Below the pieces are notes generated by a model, which saw only the letters and a list, made by a program, of their open reading frames with translations, was not told where the DNA came from and made no database searches. Position numbers and translations under genes: made by a program. DNA of 64,000 nucleotides, taken from a virus. Positions within the stretch are counted from its first letter, which is position 1. Every line of letters starts with the position of its first letter. This document shows, one piece after another, positions 39,172-44,941 of the stretch. Location: IMG/VR virus record IMGVR_UViG_3300021088_000005, positions 36,811 to 100,810 of that record. The stretch is one strand, 5' to 3'.

Positions 39172-39936
39172 CTAAAAGAACGAAATTGTTTCTGCTTTCT
39201 CTGGATTAGCCGCGATGAACTTATCGACTGTATTATCCTGTAAGTCATTCAAGAAATCTAGAACACGGTCCGCCGGAGTCACTATATCGTAAGTACCGGA
39301 ATGGAAATCACCGACTGCAATACCGATTAGCGCACGTTCCTTAGCGCTGTAGATTCCGCTTCCACTAGACCCAGGCGCGATAGTCACGTCCATGGGCATT
39401 GTGTGAATCCAAAACGGATACTGCTCAATTATCTCTAGCGGCATGGCTAGGAATGCGGAAGACATGAATCGACCGTAGAATACCTGCTTGCCTGTGCCGT
39501 ACGGGAACGAAACATCAAATATCGGGTCGCCGGACTTTAATCCGCGTTCGTCTTTGATTCGAACTTCCGGGACGCCAGCGCCGTTCCTGATTAGCATCAA
39601 AGCTACATCGTCTGTCAAACTAATCGCAATAGGCATCGCGTCATAGAACGGTCCGCCCTCGTTATCTGAGAAGCTGACCTTCATGCTCTGATTGACGACA
39701 TTCGTGTCCGGGTCTGCTACGCAATGGCGTGCTGTCAAGAAAACACCGTCACCTGTCGAAGTGTGGCCGATTTCTGTGCCGCTGCAATTGAACCTGCGCT
39801 CAGCGCCTACGAATATGGCTCCGGTTGCTGCCCGAGCATCAATCTCGAACGGGTGCCGTGGTGCTCCACTAATCGCTAAGCCTGAGCCTAGGGCGAGTAG
39901 AACGGCTAAAGAAATCACTGCTAGCAACTTCTTCAT
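39172..39936 (-). CDS. Secreted trypsin-like serine protease
   Basis: Signal peptide; CSG, FLTARHC, DDVAL, APGSSGSG triad motifs. Confidence 0.85.
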   Translation of the reverse strand: MKKLLAVISLAVLLALGSGLAISGAPRHPFEIDARAATGAIFVGAERRFNCSGTEIGHTSTGDGVFLTARHCVADPDTNVVNQSMKVSFSDNEGGPFYDAMPIAISLTDDVALMLIRNGAGVPEVRIKDERGLKSGDPIFDVSFPYGTGKQVFYGRFMSSAFLAMPLEIIEQYPFWIHTMPMDVTIAPGSSGSGIYSAKERALIGIAVGDFHSGTYDIVTPADRVLDFLNDLQDNTVDKFIAANPEKAETISFF

Positions 39937-39961
39937 AGACTACCAACTCATTCGCAATACT

Positions 39962-40018
39962 TGGCGGAGCACTTATGCGAATGCATGCCGTTCGCTTATT
40001 GGAGCGAGCCTCTGCTCG
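39962..40018 (-). ncRNA. CCA-terminated tRNA-like small RNA (about 57 nt)
   Basis: GAGCA/TGCTC stem, two inner hairpins, ends GCCA. Confidence 0.45.
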
Positions 40019-40029
40019 GCTTGTAAAAA

Positions 40030-40104
40030 TGGCTGCGAGACTAGGACTCGAACCTAGATGCGCGGCTTCAGAGACCGCTATCCTACCAATTAGATGATCT
40101 CGCA
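40030..40104 (-). tRNA. tRNA-Gln(CTG)
   Basis: GCGGT-CTCTGAA-GCCGC; U1-A72; CCA. Confidence 0.9.
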
Positions 40105-40112
40105 ATAAATTT

Positions 40113-40176
40113 TGGAGGGTAGCCATTTCGTTCCCGCTAGGGCGAAGGGGTCGTTATCACTAGGGCAGTACTACCC
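40113..40176 (-). ncRNA. CCA-terminated small RNA (64 nt)
   Basis: GGGTAG/CTACCC terminal stem plus TCCA; no cloverleaf. Confidence 0.45.
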
Positions 40177-40222
40177 TGCTGTTGTTCCCTAATTACCTGA
40201 CCAACGATTTCACAGATCGAAC

Positions 40223-40298
40223 TGGTTGCCTCGACACGACTCGAACGTGTATAGCGGGATTCAAAGTCCCGCGTCCTACCAAATTAGACGACAAGGCA
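40223..40298 (-). tRNA. tRNA-Gln(TTG)
   Basis: CGGGA-CTTTGAA-TCCCG; CCA. Confidence 0.9.
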
Positions 40299-40304
40299 AT
40301 AAAA

Positions 40305-40376
40305 TGGAGCGAACTACTTACGGATTCGAACCGTCATCCGGTTGGCCTTCCGGATTACACCCTAGTGCGTGTTCGC
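40305..40376 (-). ncRNA. Atypical tRNA-like RNA (8-nt anticodon loop, 5-nt bulge between T arm and acceptor stem)
   Basis: GCGAAC/GTTCGC-TCCA; ATCCGG-AAGGCCAA-CCGGAT; ACGG-TTCGAAT-CCGT-AAGTA. Confidence 0.6.
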
Positions 40377-40382
40377 ATAAAC

Positions 40383-40459
40383 TGGACCAGCAAGTCAGAC
40401 TCGAACTGACTAAGAACAAGGTTGCAGCTTGTCGCCTCGACCGCTTCGGCATTTGCTGG
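40383..40459 (-). tRNA. tRNA-Cys(GCA)
   Basis: ACAAG-CTGCAAC-CTTGT; U73; CCA. Confidence 0.88.
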
Positions 40460-40460
40460 T

Positions 40461-40494
40461 TGGTCGCGGAACCGCCGTGAAGCTAAGTCCCACG
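40461..40494 (-). ncRNA. 34-nt ACCA-terminated minihelix 1
   Basis: CGTGGGAC-TTAGCTTCACGGCG-GTTCCGCG-ACCA. Confidence 0.55.
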
Positions 40495-40496
40495 AT

Positions 40497-40530
40497 TGGT
40501 GCCCCGCCAGGATTGCTCCGAAGCTAGGGC
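40497..40530 (-). ncRNA. 34-nt ACCA-terminated minihelix 2
   Basis: GCCCT-AGCTTC-GGA-GCAA-TCC-TGGC-GGGGC-ACCA. Confidence 0.55.
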
Positions 40531-40535
40531 ATAAA

Positions 40536-40622
40536 TGGCGGATGATGAAGGAATCGAACCCTCTTCACCTTTCGGTGAGGACAGTTTTCAAGACTGCTGC
40601 CCCCCATGGAGCCCAATCATCC
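40536..40622 (-). tRNA. tRNA-Ser(TGA)
   Basis: GCAGT-CTTGAAA-ACTGT; long variable arm; G73; short D arm. Confidence 0.82.
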
Positions 40623-40629
40623 GTAAAAA

Positions 40630-41145
40630 TTAAGTATGAAACACTGTAATCGGCAACCAAGCAACATGGATATCTACTTCAGTCCCGTTGACTGGTGCGG
40701 AACAAGTTGCGCTAACTCCTAGTCCGAATAGAGAAGACTGAACCGTGCTCCACAAAGACAATGGGTTAATTCCCCATAGATCAGTCGAACTACCAAGAGT
40801 ATAAAACTGTGGCTCGTTAGTTAAAGTAACATGTTTTCCGGTTCCGATTGGGTTGCCGTTCAAAGACATGGCAACATACAACTGACCGCTTCCGCCACCT
40901 GGCGAAGCATAGTACGCCCAGAATCCACCTTCAAGACCTGTTACACTCTGCTGCTCAGCTAATGTAAATCCGTATCGCTGACCGAAGACTGCTACCCCTG
41001 TGTTCTGACTACCGCCACTGAACTCTTTGTTCTGAGCGTAATCGCCTGGGGGCGATCCTACGAGACCACCGATATTAGTCCAGAGTACTTCATTACCGTT
41101 TGCGTACTGTACCGAATAGCCTGCGTATGCGCTTTCACTTGCCAT
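40630..41145 (-). CDS. Beta-rich hypothetical protein inside the RNA array
   Basis: SD GGAGG; YTLGSSTDLWG motif. Confidence 0.65.
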   Translation of the reverse strand: MASESAYAGYSVQYANGNEVLWTNIGGLVGSPPGDYAQNKEFSGGSQNTGVAVFGQRYGFTLAEQQSVTGLEGGFWAYYASPGGGSGQLYVAMSLNGNPIGTGKHVTLTNEPQFYTLGSSTDLWGINPLSLWSTVQSSLFGLGVSATCSAPVNGTEVDIHVAWLPITVFHT

Positions 41146-41174
41146 CTAGCCTCCGGCAATGCTAGTTAAAAATT

Positions 41175-41256
41175 TGGCGGAGAACCCCTTGCTAAGACTC
41201 CATGTCGCGTTTCCGCTGCAAGGTCCGCTGAAGCGTGTACCTGTTTAAGGTTCCCC
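41175..41256 (-). ncRNA. CCA-terminated branched RNA (82 nt) with G3-U70
   Basis: GGGGAACC/GGTTCTCC-GCCA; inner GCG-GAAA-CGC hairpin. Confidence 0.5.
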
Positions 41257-41279
41257 GGTCTTTCGACGGTTCTAATGTT

Positions 41280-41365
41280 TGGCGGAGAAGGAGGGACTTG
41301 AACCCCCACATCCTTTCGGATGCGAGTTTAGCAAACTCGTGCGTCTACCATTTCGCCACTTCTCC
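41280..41365 (-). tRNA. tRNA-Ser(GCT)
   Basis: CGAGT-TTGCTAA-ACTCG; long variable arm; CCA. Confidence 0.92.
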
Positions 41366-41374
41366 GTATTCAAC

Positions 41375-41666
41375 TGGTGACCAATAGCCAGGGTTCTGTC
41401 CAGCGCTTTCACGCTTGAACTGTCATTCGTCTTCGCTTCCAACCCGACCTTCGTCACGCTCAACAAGCGCTCTGGTCCTATTTGGAATTGCACCTACAGA
41501 GAGTCACTTCGCTCGAATGACCTATATGACGGTTGTTAAGTTTCTAATCGACCGCTATATGGGTACGAAGCCTTACTAGTCCGGTTACCCGGCCCGCAAC
41601 TTCCACGGTGTAGTGTTGAGATGTGCCCTGAACTTCCTCGGTTTCCCGCGACAGTTTAGGTCACCA
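41375..41666 (-). ncRNA. rnpB: RNase P RNA (type A-like, no P18, divergent S-domain)
   Basis: CR-I GAGGAAGTTCAGGGCAC and CR-V ACAGAACCCTGGCTA form P4 with bulged U; P1 TGGTGACC/GGTCACCA; P2 ACTGTCG/TGACAGT; P3; P5 GCAC/GTGC; P6 CTCAACA/TGTTGAG; P7 CTACA/TGTAG; P15 TTCC/GGAA; CR-IV AGACGAAT; P19. Confidence 0.9.
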
Positions 41667-41675
41667 AACTAAAAC

Positions 41676-41752
41676 TGGACGACCTGACTGGACTCGAACC
41701 AGCAAACATTTGTTTAGGAAACAAAGCCCCGATCCTTTCGGGGAACAGGTCG
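41676..41752 (-). tRNA. tRNA-Arg(CCT)
   Basis: TTTGT-TTCCTAA-ACAAA; CCA. Confidence 0.85.
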
Positions 41753-41756
41753 AAAC

Positions 41757-41831
41757 TGGAAGGCCGTAACGGAATCCAACCGTTGTCTCCCCGTTAGAAG
41801 CGGGGCGCATTTTGCACTATACTAACAGCCC
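41757..41831 (-). tRNA. tRNA-Arg(TCT)
   Basis: CCCCG-CTTCTAA-CGGGG; C19-G56. Confidence 0.85.
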
Positions 41832-41837
41832 ATAAAT

Positions 41838-41912
41838 TGGCAGGGGAAGAGAGATTCGAACTCCCATAACTGGTTTTGGAGACCAGAGTCCTAGCCGTTG
41901 GACGACTCCCCT
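41838..41912 (-). tRNA. tRNA-Trp(CCA)
   Basis: CTGGT-CTCCAAA-ACCAG; G73. Confidence 0.92.
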
Positions 41913-41917
41913 ATAAA

Positions 41918-42035
41918 CCTTTCCGATGTCACTTTCTCAGATCGCAGGCGCGTGACTGGCCGTGTCACAGTCCTTTGGGCTCGCGTGATCTGCTACGTTA
42001 GGCGATCATCGGTGCTAGTTTTCAAGGCTAGCAGG
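41918..42035 (-). ncRNA. Unknown structured RNA between tRNAs
   Basis: GCTAG/CTAGC, CCGATG/CATCGG, CAGATC/GATCTG, GTGAC/GTCAC stems. Confidence 0.45.
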
Positions 42036-42039
42036 AACT

Positions 42040-42113
42040 TGGAGCGACTGACGTGACTCGGACACGTTTCTCTGGATTGGAAGTCCAGGGCACAACCTAT
42101 ATACCACAGTCGC
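42040..42113 (-). tRNA. tRNA-Gly(TCC)
   Basis: CTGGA-CTTCCAA-TCCAG; U73; T-loop TCCGAGT. Confidence 0.88.
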
Positions 42114-42119
42114 AAAACT

Positions 42120-42194
42120 TGGAGCGGCTGACGGGAAATCGAACCCGTACCTGAACCTTGGCAAGGTTCCGTACTACCACTATACTACAGCCGC
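42120..42194 (-). tRNA. tRNA-Gly(GCC)
   Basis: GAACC-TTGCCAA-GGTTC; 8-nt T-loop. Confidence 0.9.
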
Positions 42195-42195
42195 A

Positions 42196-42271
42196 TGGTC
42201 GCTGTGGCTGGATTCGAACCAGCTATACCCGCCTTATGAGAGCGGTGCTTTTCCGGTTAAGCTACACAGCG
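42196..42271 (-). tRNA. tRNA(CAT), elongator Met or Ile2
   Basis: CCGCT-CTCATAA-GGCGG; paired 1-72. Confidence 0.85.
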
Positions 42272-42277
42272 TAAAAT

Positions 42278-42350
42278 TGGTTGCAGGGGTAGGAGTCGAA
42301 CCTACGTAAGCAAGTTTATGAGGCTTGCCTGAATCCCATTCTCCTCTGCA
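42278..42350 (-). tRNA. tRNA(CAT), possibly initiator-like, reduced D arm
   Basis: CTCATAA loop; TGCAG/CTGCA-ACCA; D arm GAAT-GGG-ATTC. Confidence 0.7.
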
Positions 42351-42358
42351 CAGAAATT

Positions 42359-42442
42359 TGGTGCGCGATGAGGGATTTGAACCCCCACGAGTTTCCCCAA
42401 TAGTTTCTAAGACTATCGTGTCTGCCGTTCCACCAATCGCGC
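42359..42442 (-). tRNA. tRNA-Leu(TAG)
   Basis: ATAGT-CTTAGAA-ACTAT; long variable arm. Confidence 0.92.
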
Positions 42443-42448
42443 AAAACT

Positions 42449-42524
42449 TGGTAGGGATGGAGAGATTCAAACTCTCGTCACTTGGCTTGAAGGGCCAGTA
42501 TCATTATCGCTAGACCACATCCCC
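42449..42524 (-). tRNA. tRNA-Glu(TTC)
   Basis: TGGC-CCTTCAA-GCCA; C33; A19-U56. Confidence 0.8.
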
Positions 42525-42530
42525 AAAACT

Positions 42531-42604
42531 TGGTCGCGCTGCGGGGAATCGGACCCCGGTTACACGGATGAGAACCGTGTGGCTTGCCACTAACCGACAA
42601 CGCG
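42531..42604 (-). tRNA. tRNA-Glu(CTC)
   Basis: CACGG-TTCTCAT-CCGTG; T-loop TCCGATT. Confidence 0.85.
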
Positions 42605-42605
42605 A

Positions 42606-42680
42606 TGGCGGAGATACCGGGGATCGGACCCGGACTTTACCCGTGACAGGGGTACGTCGTTACCAACTGACCCTATCTCC
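42606..42680 (-). tRNA. tRNA-Asp(GTC)
   Basis: TACCC-CTGTCAC-GGGTA; G73; T-loop TCCGATC. Confidence 0.85.
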
Positions 42681-42681
42681 G

Positions 42682-42755
42682 TGGAGCACCATAAAGGAAT
42701 CTAACCTTTTCTTCCGCTTTACCAAAGCGGTGGACTAACAATATCCTAATAGTGC
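42682..42755 (-). tRNA. tRNA-Thr(GGT)
   Basis: CCGCT-TTGGTAA-AGCGG; U19-A56. Confidence 0.85.
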
Positions 42756-42760
42756 GAAAC

Positions 42761-42834
42761 TGGAGCAGCGTCTGAGAATCGGACTCAGGCCAGCGGTTTA
42801 CGAAACCGCGATCATACCACTAGACCAACGCTGC
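42761..42834 (-). tRNA. tRNA-Thr(CGT)
   Basis: GCGGT-TTCGTAA-ACCGC; T-loop TCCGATT. Confidence 0.87.
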
Positions 42835-42839
42835 AAAAC

Positions 42840-42914
42840 TGGAGCACAATCGAGGAATCCAACCTCGGCTTCCGAGGTACAAGCTCGGCGTCATAGGCGC
42901 TAGACCAATCGTGC
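42840..42914 (-). tRNA. tRNA-Thr(TGT)
   Basis: CCGAG-CTTGTAC-CTCGG; C19-G56. Confidence 0.85.
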
Positions 42915-42920
42915 TTACAA

Positions 42921-43009
42921 AGGCTGGGGCAGCAGGATTCGAACCTGCAATGTGCTTACGCACTGTCTGGGTAACGGCCAGATGCTGTACCGGATTGAGC
43001 CACACCCCA
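42921..43009 (-). tRNA. tRNA-Asn(GTT) with long variable arm
   Basis: TCTGG-CCGTTAC-CCAGA; GTGC-GTAA-GCAC variable hairpin; G73; ends CCT. Confidence 0.78.
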
Positions 43010-43489
43010 ATAAAGTCTATCTTCTTCCTCTGCGTGGCAGTTAGCGCAGAGTAAATCACACTTATCTAATTCTAATTCTAATTTTACTTTTTCCCAGGCT
43101 ACAGTTTCTGGGCGCGATATAGCAAATTCTTTTTCTCCAGGTTCTCTATGATGAAATTGTAGTGCTCTTACACACTTACAGTACCCGCACTTCATGCACT
43201 TCCTGCCGAGATATTCAACAGCTCTCTGCTTTATATCTCTACGCCAGTCCATGACTCTTTTACTTACCGCTTTTCTCTTACGGTTAGCGGACTGTTCTTT
43301 CTTTATATTTCTGCACTCATCACTACAATAACTTAATACTGTCCGAATTGCCTTACCGCAAATCTTACAAGACCCTTCTGGTTTCCTCTTAGGAAAACGA
43401 TTGATATTGTTGTTCGCAGAATTGGCACACGTCTTAGAACAATATTTAGGATTGTCTGTGAGTACACCACATCCGTTACATGGGTGCAT
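42956..43489 (-). CDS. HNH endonuclease with Zn-finger repeats, 3' end overlaps tRNA-Asn
   Basis: CMKCGY...ALQFHH...KCDLLCANCHAEE. Confidence 0.88.
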   Translation of the reverse strand: MHPCNGCGVLTDNPKYCSKTCANSANNNINRFPKRKPEGSCKICGKAIRTVLSYCSDECRNIKKEQSANRKRKAVSKRVMDWRRDIKQRAVEYLGRKCMKCGYCKCVRALQFHHREPGEKEFAISRPETVAWEKVKLELELDKCDLLCANCHAEEEDRLYWGVAQSGTASGRYPDSA

Positions 43490-43522
43490 TCTAGTCTCCT
43501 AGTTTTAACTTCTAAACAAAAA

Positions 43523-43598
43523 TGGAGACCCTGGAGAGATTCCAACTCCCGACGCCCACGTTCGAAGCGTGGCGCTCTGTGCGCTGAGCTACAGGGTC
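43523..43598 (-). tRNA. tRNA-Arg(TCG)
   Basis: CCACG-CTTCGAA-CGTGG; C19-G56; A20. Confidence 0.87.
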
Positions 43599-43608
43599 AA
43601 ACTAATCA

Positions 43609-43764
43609 TCAGCGAGGAAACCTACGAATCAACTCCAACTGATGTGTTTCATCTTGGTACCAAACATGAGTGTCCATGTACTTCTTAGAATACCAAAGCA
43701 TAATAGGTAACGGGACCAACCAATAAATCCAAGGTCTCCATGACCAATATATTTTACTCTTCAT
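43609..43764 (-). CDS. Small Trp-rich membrane peptide
   Basis: MKSKIYWSWRPWIYWLVPLPIMLWY; ATG 3 nt after a tRNA CCA, no SD. Confidence 0.4.
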   Translation of the reverse strand: MKSKIYWSWRPWIYWLVPLPIMLWYSKKYMDTHVWYQDETHQLELIRRFPR

Positions 43765-43767
43765 ATC

Positions 43768-43843
43768 TGGTGATCCTATGTGGACTCGAACCACAGCATC
43801 GAGCTTCGCAGGCTCGCACTCTTTCCATCTGAGTTATAGGACC
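43768..43843 (-). tRNA. tRNA-Arg(GCG)
   Basis: CGAGC-CTGCGAA-GCTCG; A20. Confidence 0.88.
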
Positions 43844-43912
43844 ATAAACTTTTAGGGTTACGATCCCTCAACGGCTGCTTATTTCCGGTCTACAGCAAGA
43901 CGATCATTAAAC

Positions 43913-43987
43913 TGGTACGCCGCCGAGGAGTTGAACCTCGCTCTTCCGGGTGTAAACCGGGTGCATCTGCCGATCTGCCAGCAGCGT
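43913..43987 (-). tRNA. tRNA-Val(TAC)
   Basis: CCGG-TTTACAC-CCGG; A73. Confidence 0.85.
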
Positions 43988-43988
43988 A

Positions 43989-44052
43989 TGGTGGAGTCGG
44001 TGTGCCACGGTATCCCGGAAGGTTCTACCTTCTGTAGGTCTTGCCGTGCTCC
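43989..44052 (-). ncRNA. CCA-terminated small RNA (64 nt)
   Basis: GGAG/CTCC-ACCA, CACGG/CCGTG, GAAGGT/ACCTTC. Confidence 0.45.
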
Positions 44053-44138
44053 ATAATGTCCGGCGCGGATTGCATGTTGCTCCGCGTCGTCCGATGTGTC
44101 AGATAGTTCGTTGTATACTATCTCACACATCGTAAAAT

Positions 44139-44212
44139 TGGTGTAGGCGAAGGGAATCGAACCCTCAAATTCTCGGTGCAAGCGAGACAGTTTCCCGTTA
44201 GCTTACGCCCAC
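44139..44212 (-). tRNA. tRNA-Ala(TGC)
   Basis: TCTCG-CTTGCAC-CGAGA; G3-U70; A73. Confidence 0.9.
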
Positions 44213-44219
44213 ATAAAAT

Positions 44220-44293
44220 TGGTAGTCGGCCAGTGACTCGAACACTGATCTCACGTTAATCGGACGCGGGTCCTACCTTTGAACGAGCCGACT
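44220..44293 (-). tRNA. tRNA-Ile(GAT)
   Basis: CGCGT-CCGATTA-ACGTG; unusual C33 and U37. Confidence 0.78.
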
Positions 44294-44411
44294 ATAAACT
44301 TTACCGCTACACTTCTTCATATGAAACCAAAGAGCATCAGCCGGATTTATCTTGGCTGTTATCTCTTGCCCACATTTACTGCATCGAAGTACGCGTAGCT
44401 TTGACATAAAC

Positions 44412-44500
44412 TGGTGGAGAAGGAGTGAATCGAACACTCTACGTCTCAAGGACGGTTGGTTTTACAGACCAATGCGACTCTCCAACTTCGCCGCTTCTCC
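44412..44500 (-). tRNA. tRNA-Tyr(GTA)
   Basis: TTGGT-CTGTAAA-ACCAA; long variable arm. Confidence 0.9.
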
Positions 44501-44506
44501 AAAACT

Positions 44507-44582
44507 TGGTGGGACATGACGGGCTCGAACCGTCAACCGACTCCTTAAAAGGGAGCTATGTTGCCACTAACACCTATGTCCC
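44507..44582 (-). tRNA. tRNA-Lys(TTT)
   Basis: GCTCC-CTTTTAA-GGAGT; A8/U14. Confidence 0.88.
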
Positions 44583-44588
44583 GAAACT

Positions 44589-44663
44589 TGGTGCGCCTCC
44601 CGTGAATTAAACACGGTCCCGACGGGTTAAGAGCCCGCTGTGCTATCGTAACACCTGAAGCGC
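44589..44663 (-). tRNA. tRNA-Lys(CTT)
   Basis: GCGGG-CTCTTAA-CCCGT; A8/U14; A19-U56. Confidence 0.85.
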
Positions 44664-44673
44664 AAAACTTAAT

Positions 44674-44770
44674 AACCTGTGGAGGAATCGAACCTCTACT
44701 GACATTAGCGCGTAGACGTTATCGGTCAGCAAGCACCCGAGGTATCTACGTACCCGCCGTGCTCACGGTC
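44674..44770 (-). ncRNA. tRNA-shaped RNA with kissing loops, no CCA
   Basis: T arm GAGG-TTCGATT-CCTC; loops CGTAGA and TCTACG complementary. Confidence 0.55.
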
Positions 44771-44771
44771 T

Positions 44772-44858
44772 TGGTGCGCTGCCCCGGATTTGAACCGGGA
44801 CGGGGTTTAGTCCAGCGGGTTTTAAGTCCGCTATGTCTGCCTGTTCCATCAGCAGCGC
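44772..44858 (-). tRNA. tRNA-Leu(TAA)
   Basis: GCGG-ACTTAAAAC-CCGC; long variable arm. Confidence 0.9.
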
Positions 44859-44867
44859 AAAATCATA

Positions 44868-44936
44868 GATGGCGTCCTATCCGTTAGACGATACACGCCG
44901 ATAGCATGCACCGGGACTCGAACCCGGATTTCCACC
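44868..44936 (-). ncRNA. Circularly permuted, anticodon-less tRNA (YrlA Y-RNA-like)
   Basis: Order: GGTGG, AAAT, T arm, TGCATGC, TATCG loop, GCGTGTA, D arm, CCATC. Confidence 0.8.
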
Positions 44937-44941
44937 TTACT

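Noticed and set aside
43855-43905. SRP RNA helix-8-like sequence (GCTGTAGACCGGAAATAAGCAGCC on the minus strand)
   Set aside because: The stem closing the GGAA loop does not pair and there is no long flanking helix.
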